Origin: Oopsacas minuta
Lineage: Eukaryota > Animalia > Porifera
NCBI GenBank assembly: GCA_024704765.1
Contig: JAKMXF010000332.1
Location: 354,018-418,017 of the forward strand
DNA: 64,000 nt
Reading direction: 5' to 3'
Notes under the pieces: model-generated
Databases searched by the model: none
What the model was told of the DNA's origin: nothing
Seen by the model: only the letters and a program-made list of their open reading frames with translations
Position numbers and translations under genes: made by a program
Shown: positions 38,820 through 51,742 of the stretch, piece after piece
Layout: each line of letters opens with the position of its first letter
How positions within the stretch are numbered: the stretch's first letter is position 1

Positions 38820-40830
38820 GTTACAATGTTCAGCATTATAAGGTACTATAGCGCGTAGTAATTTACATTCTCCGTGAAAGTTGGAAGGGTATTCAGCAAA
38901 ATTTTGATGGCTACTTTCGAGAACTTACTCCGAGAAAAAACTGAGCCCCAAAAGGCAGTTTTTTGCTTGCAGTTTACATGATTCAGGAATTCTTCAAGGT
39001 AATCAAGTAAAACCGAATATTAGGTGTTGGTTTTGTGAATTCATTCAATTCAGCGGAAGAGTCATTATATCATTTCATTGCTATATTTTGGTTTGTAATC
39101 TTATTAGTTGCTCTCGCGTAAGATTATATTGCTTTCTGAAATCTCTAATAACATTCTTTCCACAACACTTAATAGTTTTGCCAAATCCTTGGTGGATAGA
39201 TTTGATGCAGCTCTTAGTATAGGGATCAATGGTTTGAGAGATTAGAAATTGTTGAGATCGATGTTCCTATAATATCGATTTGCACCATCTTTCCCTGTAT
39301 AAGCACCTCGGTGGAATTGAAGTGGCGGACCTACTAGAATGTAAATCCATTCATTTTGAAATCATTTATACTGCTACTCTCCCAAGATTCCTCTCGCGAT
39401 TCGATCTAATAGTTTCTCTCAAACCTAGCTGAGCATGTACAACTGCTATTGGAAAGGCAATTAGGTGATTACTAAATTTAACAGTGGAAGTGAACGTACA
39501 CCATGACATTGTTTAGCCATAGCAAAATTCCCAAAATAATTTGATAGCAGAATTTCGAACATCTCTTGATAATGGTCCCATGTTCTCGAAATTCCAGCTC
39601 CTTCTAATGGGCGAAAATATGTACAATACGGACATGGGTAATTTGCATTTCCACCCTTCATTCCACATACCATACTAATCACTTTAAAATCAGACGTAAA
39701 CACATTAAATGGCTTCTCTAAATTCAGTTCTAGAATATGTTTAATATCTGTACAAATTGTGTGATGTTTCTTTGAGGATCAGATACTGCAACGGATATGT
39801 TACCTTTTACGCTATCGAGAAAAGATTTTCCATACGTAGGCTGGACTAACAACTTTCCAGTCCTTGTCCATGATCAAAAACCAACGGTATAGCATAGACT
39901 CGGTTATTCGGTTCGATTCAACCCTACGAAATAACTTTGATACCTAAGTATGATAAACAACTGTTATTTTTTTGTTTACGATAACCCTCACTTCTCTCTG
40001 ATATATTGCTGATATTTTGCTCTAATATGAGAGTTGTTTTGGAAAAAGAGACCTGAAGTGGTTTCTCTTATTTACTTTGTGATAGACGTGAGGCTAGGAG
40101 TTTTCACACATGCTTCTTAATACTTTGGCAAATTTTATGTGTGTTACGATTGGAAATAGCAAGATCTTGCTTTAATTGAATAATTTCATTAACATCGATG
40201 TCTTGGACTTGTTTGCTACCATACCGCCCATTTAATATACTCCCGCGCAGATTTTATTCATTATTTCTACTGAATTGGCTTTTTCATCCAGTTTACGCAG
40301 AAATTTGCAACAATTTCTTCAGCAATATTTCCTTCTTTTCAAATATTTTAGTTTATTCTGGACAGAATTGAATGGTGTGCAAAAATGATCAATGATGGTA
40401 GAGCTAAAGCATTATGGACAATTCTCTGGCCTATCTCTTAGTCTCCAAGCGAATTTATATGTCGGTTTTGATGTTTGGAAATTAGATTCATATATATATC
40501 ACTAATTTCTCCAATTTCAGTTTCATTCTCAATTTTATGCAGCCCAACACTTAACTTGTAGATCATGTATACCTGACAAGATATGGGAAGATTATTACCC
40601 ATTATTCTTCTTTCTTCGGTTTCTATTGCGCAAAGAACAGTGAGTTTATACCTAGAAGGTCTTCGCATGACGAGAGTGACTTGGCACAACCTTTACATAA
40701 CTTTTTCGGAAAAATGACCACTTAGTTTACAATCTTCATTAATGGGTCTCAATTTAGTAGAATCAAATTTCAGAAAGCACATCCGACAAATTGACTCAAT
40801 TGCTTCCAGACGTATTTCTGCCTTTTAGTA
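38820..40830 (-). pseudogene. Decayed Chapaev/Transib-like (CMC-type) transposase
   Basis: N-terminal 'ICRMC...FPKKLCKGC' zinc finger, 'FDHGQG', 'FTSDFKVISMVCGMKG...YPCPYC', 'FHRGAYTG', 'GLSFFSE.VLESSHQNF', 'LLRAIVPYN'. Many stops and frameshifts. Confidence 0.6.
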
Positions 40831-42330
40831 GTGTGCAATGAATTTAGTATATTTGAATATGATATAATTTGGTAGCCAATTGAAATTCAGAAGATTTATT
40901 GATATATTTACTTTGAATTGAATTTTTACAATCAATTATGGGTTACGGTCTAACAATCTTAATTAATTTCTGGTCAATACAAGTACGTAAGTGAAATCAG
41001 AAAGTTGAGTAATATTTCTCAAGGAAACAATTTGATTATGAAGTCCTCAGAAATATTATATTGTGGTTTTACTACGTACTACTGCAGTGAGCATAAAAAC
41101 CACTTGTATTTTGCAAGTGATCATAAATATATTAGACCTGAGTAAATATTTATTCAACTTAATAATGATAGTGTTTATCAAATTTATAGATTTTGGTAAG
41201 TTTAAGCAAGAATTTAATATTTAAGGGATATGAACCTTGAAATGTGATTGAGAAATAATAAAAATATTTTCGTCATTATTTTTTCCATTAAACACCCCCA
41301 CTAGACACATTATTAGTTAGGACTGGAATGTCTGTCATAGGTCCTACTTACTCGTTTATCTGTAATCCTAAAGTATTCAGCCTATCAAAATCATTTTCGG
41401 CGTCACCATGTAAGCATATCGGATATAACTCAGAAACTAAAACGAATCAGTGTATACTATTAAGGTGAATAAAATCTATCATATAAGTATACGTATACGT
41501 AATTAATGATTAAATTGTTGAACATATAGGTTAGCAAAATTTGTTGTTTAATTTGGCGGGCTGGAAAATTTGGAGACATGACAAATTCCAAAAATTAAAA
41601 TATCTTAAGAATGTGACTTTTCTTAACGGAAAATCTGGGAAATATTTCTAACCTGGAATATTAAGTTATTTTAGGAATAACTATACTATTCAGGGGCATA
41701 CACACGTCCCCATTTCAATAGGTGTATGAAGAAAACTAATAGTATATTAGTTAAAATGTAATTTATTATACAAGATGTCAGACATGGAGATGCTCAGAAT
41801 TACGGCAATTGGAATCCTTAAATCAAGATTTAATTAAAAAAATATGATATATTTTATGTCTCTCGCTTTTTCGATTTTTTATCTTCCGCGGTTTAAATGA
41901 TGTTATATCCGTGGGTTACTCTTAAGATCCAAAATTCCGAAATGCTTGTAAATTGGAATTTGGTGATATTGTAACCTATCCTACATTTATTTATGGCTCA
42001 TAACAACTTGGTGTAAGACTAAACCAGTCTCAACTGTACGTTGAATAGCTCATATTGGAAAATGTATTTCGGATGTGAACTTGATGAATTTGGGGATTAC
42101 ATGAGATATTTCCATTGCCTGGCATAATTTGATATACCGGACTACAAAATGCGGGGGAATTCAGATTTTTGGCACTTTTTGGCACACATTTCCGGACAAA
42201 GTGTGACTTCCAGCCAAGATCGTGACAGTTAGCATGTATGCCTATATACGGGTTCTTATGTACTTTTGTAATGATTCCCCTTTCTATTTTATGATAGGTA
42301 ACTTTTCTTTGTTATTTTTGACAATTACAT

Positions 42331-43275
42331 ATGCTTCTCAATCCTGATAAATCACTTGATGAGATAATTCGGTCTAAGACAACACCTCGACCATTAAAGC
42401 GACTAAACCAAAATATTTACCCAAAGTTCAATGGCATCAGTACTCTCAATCTAAGATTCAACAATATCCGCAGACATTCGGATGCTAGGCTAAAAATTCT
42501 GAAAAAATTGGATGCACAGGAAGATCTGAGAAACAAGTTGGATGTTAACGATTTTGCTATATCAAATTTGGAGGAGAATGTGGATGATGCATCTTCCTTC
42601 CTTCCCCTAGCTTTATCTGAATCCGGCCTTGATCCTAACTTGAATACTAGTAGCTTCTCTGGGTTACCTAGTTATCATGAGACAAAGAAGATTCAAATTA
42701 CTATAAAAGGTCTTAATAAACCTAAAAAAGATTCTTTTCTAAGATGTAATGATTACAAATTTCATACTTTCCCTGTTATTCGCGAGCCCTATGAATCTGA
42801 AGTACCTAATGTTCAACATCCTCAATATTTCGTCCAATCACCACGTCGGTCATCTACCCATTTTACTTATGGTGATTATTCTCGAAAATCCAATTTTCAT
42901 CGCCATGCAAGTCAGTTTAAGGATATTATTTCCAATACTAACAATTTAGTTACTGGTACTAAACTCTATATTTCTAACCTGAGTTCATCTGTCACTCGCA
43001 GAGATATTACAGAACTTTGTGAGGCTATTGGTAGAATTGAATCGGTAACCTTACATCAATGTGTCGCTGAAGTCATATTTGTTAGTAAGCATTCAGCAAT
43101 GGAAGCTTATAAGACATATCACAATCGACATTTGGATGGCAAAGCGATGATGTGTAGAATTTGTTCAAGCTACAATTTAAATAGCCATGCTAGTGTATCA
43201 CCACTATTTTCCAAACATTCTCCTTCTTTTAGAGGGCAAAAATTTGTCAATTCTTTATGTTCTTTGAATTACTAA
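42331..43275 (+). CDS. POLDIP3: Polymerase delta-interacting protein 3 (SKAR)-like RRM protein, 314 aa
   Basis: N-terminal 'DKSLDEII', 'DARLKI...D.R.KL' and C-terminal RRM 'GTKLYISNL...VAEVIFV...A..AYKTYHNRHLDGKAMMC' match the POLDIP3 (ALYREF-related) pattern. Confidence 0.78.
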   Translation: MLLNPDKSLDEIIRSKTTPRPLKRLNQNIYPKFNGISTLNLRFNNIRRHSDARLKILKKLDAQEDLRNKLDVNDFAISNLEENVDDASSFLPLALSESGLDPNLNTSSFSGLPSYHETKKIQITIKGLNKPKKDSFLRCNDYKFHTFPVIREPYESEVPNVQHPQYFVQSPRRSSTHFTYGDYSRKSNFHRHASQFKDIISNTNNLVTGTKLYISNLSSSVTRRDITELCEAIGRIESVTLHQCVAEVIFVSKHSAMEAYKTYHNRHLDGKAMMCRICSSYNLNSHASVSPLFSKHSPSFRGQKFVNSLCSLNY

Positions 43276-44113
43276 TTAGTTGTGAATACCTTTAGACTTG
43301 GAAATTTATTATATGCACACTCATTGTTTGTTCTTGTTAACACATTTATACCATTTTTTGACAGGGCCAAGGTATGTTGAGGTTGTACTGTAGGTTGCAC
43401 GCGGTTGTCTCTTCGCCGATTGCGATATCATTCATACTGTCTGTTAAGTTCACAGTGTAACCTTATTTCCAAGGTGTTCGACTACTGTATTTAATATCTC
43501 ACCGCTAATCTTTGTTACAGGCTCTTTTAAAGACCTTTTATCGGTGAAATAGAAGGTTCATGGATAACAGAATTTAGCCTTTTGTTGTTCCTTAAGTATT
43601 TCTGTACGCAAGTTTGTACACGTTCTATAAGATCCTCATGCATTTGCTTAATTTTCTCTTAAATTTAGTTCCACGCTTTATAAAATCTTATTCAATAATC
43701 GTTACACGGTATACAATCGAATAAATTACAATTTGAACAGAGTCGAACAATTGACCCCATCCAATTTTATAACACAGTAAGATCCCATTTCGAACAACGT
43801 TAGCGCTATACGTTTTCATACTATTATCCAACGAGATATCCACTACGAATTTTTCCTCCACCGTTTACTTGTATAATGTTCTTATATGCGGCAATAATTC
43901 AATGGAGTAAAACAAAAGATTCTGTAAATAGAGCTAGAGTTCTTATAACCGGTGGTGTTATACTCGGCATCTACTGTACTTGTTTCGAAAAATATTTTTG
44001 TCTTAGTAGATGCCCTATGAGGAACAACAAAGTTTAGGACTTTGCTTTGCTTATTTTAAATCTTGCTCCTGGGTGTTTATCGCAAAAATTCGGTTTATGC
44101 TATTGGACCTTCA

Positions 44114-44172
44114 CTGTACTATTAGATTTTCAGTTCGTTTGCACGTAACGAACTGAAAATCTGATAGTACAG
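44114..44172. repeat. Near-perfect hairpin (26-bp arms, 7-nt loop)
   Basis: ctgtactattagattttcagttcgtt-tgcacgt-aacgaactgaaaatctgatagtacag, one mismatch. Confidence 0.9.
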
Positions 44173-46439
44173 ACTGTTGAACCATATGGATCGAATCACC
44201 AAACAAGTTATTACTATCAGGGTTTCATAAAAGATTTAGATGGGGGCGAAGAAATATGTCAAGTGGATTACAGTAGTTTGCGAAAAACAGCTCTGAACCT
44301 GAGGTAGAGCGGACGCTAGAAATTTTTCAAGGGACTCCAAGACACTTAAAATACCTAGGTAAATTGAAATATCTATTACCTAATCAATAAGTGGAACCTC
44401 CAAAAATAGAGTTTGGGTGAGACACATGCAATTTAAAATCAAATTATATACGAAAAAATGAAGTAGAAATTCCCAAAGTGGCGTAAAATTGCATTAGATT
44501 TAATCCACTTTGCGAATTTCTATAAAGGTAGGGTGCCTCACTAAATGGTATGAAGGAAAGGTCTATATCGAAGAACTTAAGCACAAAGAATCTCCAAAAG
44601 TGGTTTATATCTCATGATGTTAAAGTATACAATGAAAAATGGTATGTGGCCTAAATAATAACTTTAAATATGAATGACAAATCTCATTAAAATTGACGAA
44701 AACATTAGTAAAATTCGTGTAAGGAGAATTCCAGATCAACTCACCTGGCCAGTTCACCAACATCTTCTGATTTCCTTCAATTTTGTGATTTGTGAATCGT
44801 TGGTCATTGATATACCACTCATTATGTATAAGTTTCAAATCATTCGGTCATATGGTTATAGAGTTATTTCAAGATCGAAGTGATTAAAATTATAATTGAA
44901 TTGATTCGGACACATAATCTTCCTCAAAATTGTGACTAAAATTGTTAGCTGTGGTTAAATCCGAACTATGGCATAGCATTCAGGAGAATTCAGAAACTTA
45001 GTTTTAAATTTTTCATATTATAGAGATTTGTGTGGGTTTTCAGGATATATCAAGTTTTTTTTACTTCCCATATGTTCACTAGATGTTTTTAGCAATTATA
45101 TATCATTGACCACTATAATTCACCAATTTGTTCATACAGAAATGAAAAATTCCAAATCATTTATAGGGATTTTAAGGATGTTTTTGTTAGGATATGGCTA
45201 CAATACTAGTACCGGGATCGTGTAAATTCAACTTGAAGTATCGGTATGAGATCGGGGAAATTTGCCTTAGAGTACCGGCAAACATCTTGCTTTGTATCCA
45301 ATTGAGTAACAGGACATTGCATCAAGGGTGAATTGATGCAATGACATCAGGCCACATTGAGGAGCATTTTTCTTACTAATCCAACTTAAAATTCTATACT
45401 ACATGAATGAATTGTGGGAAAATCCACTGATACTACCATTTGGAGCAATAATATACAATTACTGACGATAAAGGTAAGACATGACGTGGCTTTGGTTAGT
45501 AATCTGGCCTTATATGCCTCATGTATTTAAAAATTCTAAAATTTCCGAATTTAGAAAATTTGGTTATTTTGTGAAGTCAATGTGAATTAAATAATCTCAT
45601 GCTGAGTTAGCTTTTGGTCAGAATCATGATAACAGGACATTCGTGACATTGAAAGGTACCTATGATTCAAATTTCAAACTTCTATCGTGAATATTGGCTG
45701 AGCAGTTGTTAATAATGTGAATTTTCGAATATCCAAAAAGTGACAATGACGTCATAATTTCGTCATAGGTGTGAATTTTCTTCCAAGACTCGAACATGTC
45801 CAAGCCGTTCCAAAATTCCCCTGATGCCAACAACCAGCCTTGGGGTCTTCCAGTTTCTTCAATAATATCTGGACATATAAACATATATATATCAAGGTTG
45901 AAACCGCTTCAACGCAATACCAATTTAACAGAATAATTGTCAGACCAATTAATTTGGTCAACCAAATCATTTGGTTGACTGACTTTGATTTTGATGGAAC
46001 AGTGCGAGGATTACCAAGAATACTTGTATTTTTGTATTAGCAAGAATTACTTCAGGTTCTGGATCAATGATAAATTCTCCAATTGTGACATGAATTAAGA
46101 GTCAAGAGTTTAAAGTGCAGCAATCAACAAAATATATTTAGAAATTTGAATAAATATACATTTCTACAAATTTTAATCAAGTATAAGTAGTCCTCTTTGA
46201 TATATTTATGTTCGGATCACCTGGCTGTTGGGAAAGCCTGCAAATTATTTGTTTGACCAAATTATTCTGTTTGTCTGATGAAGTTGCTGCGGGTTACGCA
46301 GTCCTCGAGACTGTGGGCATAGAGTTAGAAGCCCTTCCAGGCTGGTAGCCCTCGACAAATCTTTGAGTTATATCAGGCGATGAGTATAGTCAGGAAATAT
46401 GATAGGCCTGACCTTTTCTTTACATTTAGATGTAATCCG

Positions 46440-48222
46440 CATTGGGAGGAGAACGTCCGCATAAAAATTTAATCAAAAGCCGACAGATCGTCCCAATTTT
46501 ATTGTCCGAGTGTTGAAAATTAAGGATTTGATGAGTGGTCACGTATTGGATAAGCATAAGGACTTCATCGACTTCATGTTCAACTTTACGCTAATATTTT
46601 GTTTATGTTCTGTGATTGTGATAAACCTAGCGATCCCAGTGATTATAATCATATTGTTTGTGCTGAGATCCCAGACCCGCTTAAGCAACTCGACTTGCAC
46701 GATATATTGTTCAACGCAGTATGATGCATGGCTTATGTTTCATAGCCAACGTGACGGAAGGTGCGATAAAAAATTTTCCGAAACCATCCTTACCAGTCAC
46801 TAATACTGGTGAAGATGGCTACCTTGCATATCGTCGTCGTGATAAAGGCCGTGTTGTTAATGTGGACGGGGTAAAGCTTGTCAATAGGTTGGTAGTGCCA
46901 TACAATCCTGTCCTATGGCTTAAGTATAATCATTTCTCAAATTAACATCTATAGTGAGTGCATCAATATCTGTAACGGTCATGATAAAGCTATTGTGGAA
47001 TTCAGGTCAGGTGGCGAGGATGTAGATGCTGCTGTATCTAAATCATTGAATGAAGTTTCCGAGTATTTAGAGGGTATGTATGTGTCTGCTCCCTAGGCGT
47101 GTTAGTATATCTTTGGGTATGAGCTCCATGCCAATATTCCACGCGTGTTAACATAACGACAGAGAAGTGATATATTCAGACAGGCTGAAACAACCCACTT
47201 CCGCTCGACCGTGAAATCACTTCACGAAGGTCACCTCCAAACGCTACAACCTTGCAACCGAATGGTAAATCGCAAGAACAGAGATCCCGTAATGTACGAT
47301 CCATAAAATCAGCTATATGCTTGTGTCCCATATGAACCTCATCCCAAAGAACGTTGAGCGCTGGATAGGTTTGCTAGAGTAGCTTGATCTTTGTCTTCGT
47401 TTTCAGTTGGAGGATGAGCTTCACAAAGTTTATCTCCTTAATTCGGAGCAAATGAGAATCTTCGAAACGGTTATGGAAAGTTTAGATATTCACGAGGTTT
47501 GCACTAGGGTGTGTTTTATTGATGGCCTGGTGGTACAGGTAATACGTTTTTATACAATATCCTGTTGGCTAAGGTCCTTTCAAGGGGGAGATTTCCCTAG
47601 CTATGGCTTTTTCTGGAATAGCGGCTCTCCTCTTAGATGGTGGTAGGACTGTCCATTATCGACTGAACGTTCCTCTCTCAATCCATGAGTATTTTATGTG
47701 TAACATTATGCAGAGCTGTAGCGGTTACGAATATTCTTGGTACTGGCATACCTGGAAAATCCGATAACAAAATCCCTTGCTGTTGCAGCCGCTCCTGGAT
47801 ACCCAATAACACACTATTTAATATATGCTCATCCAATTAAAGATCCGGAACACGCAGCCTCTCACGATTCGGAAAGTCTTCTGCTAAAGAGGCCTTATGG
47901 GCTTCCCATAGGGCTAATGAATCGATTGAGAGATTGAATACGAGTATGGTGGGGAGTAGTTGGTGTATCTCACGAGGCATACCCGAACCCGAAGCAGCAG
48001 CATCCCTCATATACTCATCCAATTCCTTATCATCTTCCAACAGTCCTTGTCTGCGTCTAACCTTCCACACGTGCCTAGACCTATCTCAAACAAACATATC
48101 AGGAAAATTCGTATATGTTAAATACTATGCACCGGGAAGAGTTCGTTTGTATGGAACCATCCTGTAAGAGTCGTGTTCTGTTATCTACTCAATACACTCG
48201 CCTTAAGGTTATGCCTCTTGCC
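46440..48222 (+). mobile_element. Decayed Helitron Rep/helicase, left part (block ~47712-48185 lies on the - strand)
   Basis: 'DRPNFIVRV', 'EDGYLAYRRRD', 'NRLVVPYNP', 'YVSAP', 'LNSEQ', 'FIDG.GGTG.TFLYN', 'GGRTVH' on +. 'TTLTGWF', 'GLLEDD', 'LWEAHK..LAEDF' on -. Confidence 0.8.
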
Positions 48223-48561
48223 CATAGACTCCTTTAAAGAAGGACTGAATCCTCCCATGCTCGGGGTTTTTCAACTTGAGTCTGAAGGATTAACTTGAGT
48301 CCTGGGCTAAAATGACTTCTAGAAGGGCTAGAGACACGATCTCGGGTCCACATAGGAGATTTGAGGACGGCGAGTTCAATGGCGCCGTTTTCAACACCAC
48401 CTGCGGTCATCTTAAAGGTCAAAAGGTCATATTTCAAGGTCAAATGGGTGAATTTTGGTAATTTTGCCCTTTTTTGTATGACAAATAAAGGTGAGTGATG
48501 GCTGATTGTAATGAGACGCAGTAGTGTATAGCAGCACAAATTTGATATTTATTGTCATATA

Positions 48562-48730
48562 CAGTAGAACTCGGTTAGCACGTACCCTGGATAAGACGTA
48601 CTTCGGCTTAGTACGTACTAAATTTTATGAACCAAAATTCATTATTACATAGGATTCTATGTAAATACAACTCGGATAGTACGTACTTTTTTAGACTTCC
48701 CGAGGGGGACGTCTTATCCAAGTTCTACTG
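48562..48730. mobile_element. Tc1/pogo-type MITE (169 bp) nested in the P-element
   Basis: Imperfect TIR CAGTAGAACT(C/T)GG(T/A)TA, TA on both sides, internal actcggatagtacgtac-like repeats. Confidence 0.85.
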
Positions 48731-48794
48731 TATGTAATTACATTATATGCATATCACAACACTATGTCTATCACAACATTGTCTATGCCTATCG

Positions 48795-51376
48795 TTAGTT
48801 AGAGAGCTTGTCTTGCCTCCTGAGGCATCCCAAAGACTTTTCTTTGTCACTTACATTGAGGACATGAGCTTTCAATAGAATGTTAGCTAAAGTAGTACAT
48901 GCAGCCTTATTACCTGCTAAAGGTGCATCTACAAAGGATAATAGCTCAGCAAATTGAAAGCGGCAACGCATTTTAGTCTGGTCATGCAAATTATAGGCAT
49001 TGTGTACAAAAAAGACCGTTGACATAGTCGGCACACTCAGTCCACCTCTATTCAAATTATCTAGGAACTCAGATGACACCTCGTTACCATCTTCATCACC
49101 AATGATCTCCTCCATACTAGTGCTATCACCAAATTTATAAACAAGGTATCCGGCCAAATAAACAACTTTATGCTTAGGGGTATCATCAAACCTCAAGAGT
49201 TCTTGAGTATCTTGAGGAGTGATATCGTCAATGAATTCACTTCGCTCAGCTGGATTTTCGGAAGTTGTACAATTCTTGTCACAATCATGCACACGAGAAC
49301 TCGATTCTACCATAATGTCATGCTTACTGAGTGTTTGCAAGTTTGCAATTTTAACTGCAGCCATAATGTCAACTACGTCAATGTGAAAGTTTCCACCTCT
49401 TCTTTGTCTGGCTTGGCCGAAAAACTTTTCCAAGGCTTCATCCGCGAATATAGCAGGAAGAACGTAGTCAAAGTCTTTGTCCGCCAGAAGCAACTTGGCA
49501 GCATCCACATTATTACGTGGGACACAGTGAAGGCTTCAGCAGTTTGCTTAGTTAGCTTCAGCTTACGACCACCACCTCCTTGCCATGCGCAGGTAGATAT
49601 AATTTGGCAGGCCTTCTCCAGCCTAGTGAAACTTGTACAGTCTGCTGTCCAAGGCTGTCTGGATTCGTCGCGAAGACGGATAGCTGAGAAACGGTCTTTC
49701 ACATTCATTATCTTGAATCACTCACTCATTGTCTGGGTGAGAATGATGGTGCCTTCGTTGATGCCCAGTGAACCCTTGAACGTCTTCAAGGCAGCAACAG
49801 TCTTGTCATTGAACACTTGACATACCAATGGTACACTCTGACGTTGAAGGGGCTTGAAACAGCAGTGTGTGTCAGCTTGGTTAAACGAATAGGAGTAGCT
49901 CGGTCGATCTCATAAAGCTTCTGAATATCACTCCAGTAAGCTTTGTACTCATTGCCATCTACGACAAATGAGAGTGTCTTGCTATCAACAGTAATCCAGT
50001 TGTTGCGTATATTTTTGAAGATGTGCAAGTAGTCGTACACTAAGAACATAGATTGTTCTTGAATCGATAGCACTTGACAACTTCCAGGTCCTCCAAGCTT
50101 TGAATAAACACTGCGGTTGGTATTGCAATTGTCACATATTAAAGAAACTACAGTACCGCCAGCACCAACTACAGCTGAACCAGCTTCAATAAGGAGTTCT
50201 TTCAGCTGATCCAAAGTTAGTTTTTTGCAGGGCAAAACGCGTAGAATATAGCGTGGACCACCAAAATGGCAGGCAACTTCAACCACTATAGCATGTGAAG
50301 CAAGCATTTCATGCTCACCACCCACTGCAGTATTTTGAGAGTATCCTAGAACATGCCCTCCAGAAAATCGCAATGTCTCGACCAGCTTTACCTCGTCGAA
50401 CATTAAATTTACCAAACGCTGTTGTGGCTTAAGTTGGTCGAACAAGGCTTTGAGGTTGGAGTCCTGCAGACTCCTAGCAAGCATCTGTTTTACCTTTTCT
50501 GTTGATGGCAGAATGATTAAGCCGGATCGGCGAATCATTTTGTATGCACTAGGTGATATGTTGTGAAGCTGCACTGCGAAAATCATAGTATCAGTGCCAA
50601 ATTGGCGTCCATCAGGAGGTTTGAATATAAGGCACAGCTGCGACAGAAGGAAGGTGAAATGAGTAAGCTCGTGCGCCTCAGTCATCTTGCAGAGCTGGCT
50701 TATTGCGTGCTCAAGAATTTCTTGGCTCTGTGTACTCATATGCGTTTACCTGGTCAGTTATGTATCCAATCTAGGACCATTTCGAGAGTAAGCTGTTCTT
50801 CTGCAAAGGAAATAGTCGCTTGGACACCTCAATACCATCTTTTAAAACTCTATTCAAGAATAGGAATCCAAATGGTGAACTGACTTGTTGGAGATGAAAG
50901 AACTGCTTGACAGTTTGTCCAGTAGCGTCAGTTCTTGATAGGTACAGGTTTTTCTGGTCTTTTATGAAGTTAAAGCCATATCCTTTCCAAAAGATCCTGA
51001 GGAGAGGGAGAGATGGATATTGGCAATGCCGAATGAAAACGAAAGTTTGAGGCGCTTGAAGGAGATATATATTTGTGAGAGACATTTCAATTGTGAATGG
51101 GTGTCAGTAAAGGGTGGAAAGCGACCAAAAGAACCGCCATCAATATTTCCTGGAGTACCGAAATCAGTTTTGAAGCAGGTCACCTCAGCTCCACGCCCGA
51201 CATCATCTACATCAGAATCAAGAGCCAAGAAAGTGCAGGCAGCTTATGAGGCTGCAGACAAGATCCAAGATTTCGATCACTTCTCCGCCAAAATGAGCAT
51301 CTATTTTCCTGACCCTTAGGTAAGGCGTCCCATCATAGTTTCCTCTAGAACCAAAACAGCTGCAACGACGTGGCAT
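48795..51376 (-). pseudogene. THAP-domain P-element transposase (THAP9-like) with frameshifts, a stop and an internal inversion (50979-51309)
   Basis: 'MPRRCSC', 'ICERHF' (THAP), 'LMFDEVKL', 'LICDNCNTN', 'YDYLHIFKNIRNNW', 'ALEKFFGQARQR', 'NRGGL'. Confidence 0.88.
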
Positions 51377-51742
51377 ATTGTCACAAAAGCTGAAAACAAA
51401 ACACATTATCATGCATAATCAATATCAATAAACATGCAGACGTATTTGCAACAAGAAAAATAACACATTACCACGCAGCCATTGCACAAAACATGCAAAT
51501 ATCCCAAAAACATAAGGAAAACATATGGAAATATTGTTGAAAACAGGAAGTTCATATCTGCCTAAGGTCAAAGGAAAATGTGGCCAATACTCTTATTTTA
51601 AGCTTCTTGGTTGTGTCTGGCCCCCCAACCACAGGTTAAATATAGGTTCTAATGCTTTTTCAATTTTTTAATTGGAGCCTCTCAGACTCAAGTTAAAACC
51701 CCGAGATCGCGACGTTCCAGTCCTTCTCTAAAGGAGTCTATG

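Larger units (their letters stand above)
48223..51742 (-). mobile_element. P-element/THAP transposon (3520 bp) inserted in the Helitron helicase
   Basis: ~60-bp bipartite TIRs starting CATAGACTCCTTTA (first 25 bp match 24/25). 8-bp TSD CTCTTGCC / CTCTTACC (7/8). Confidence 0.9.

Noticed and set aside
49170-49820. 216-aa + strand ORF and similar overlapping ORFs (e.g. 14042-14374, 16572-16853, 50563-50883)
   Set aside because: These are antisense shadows of transposase coding sequence with no recognisable motifs.
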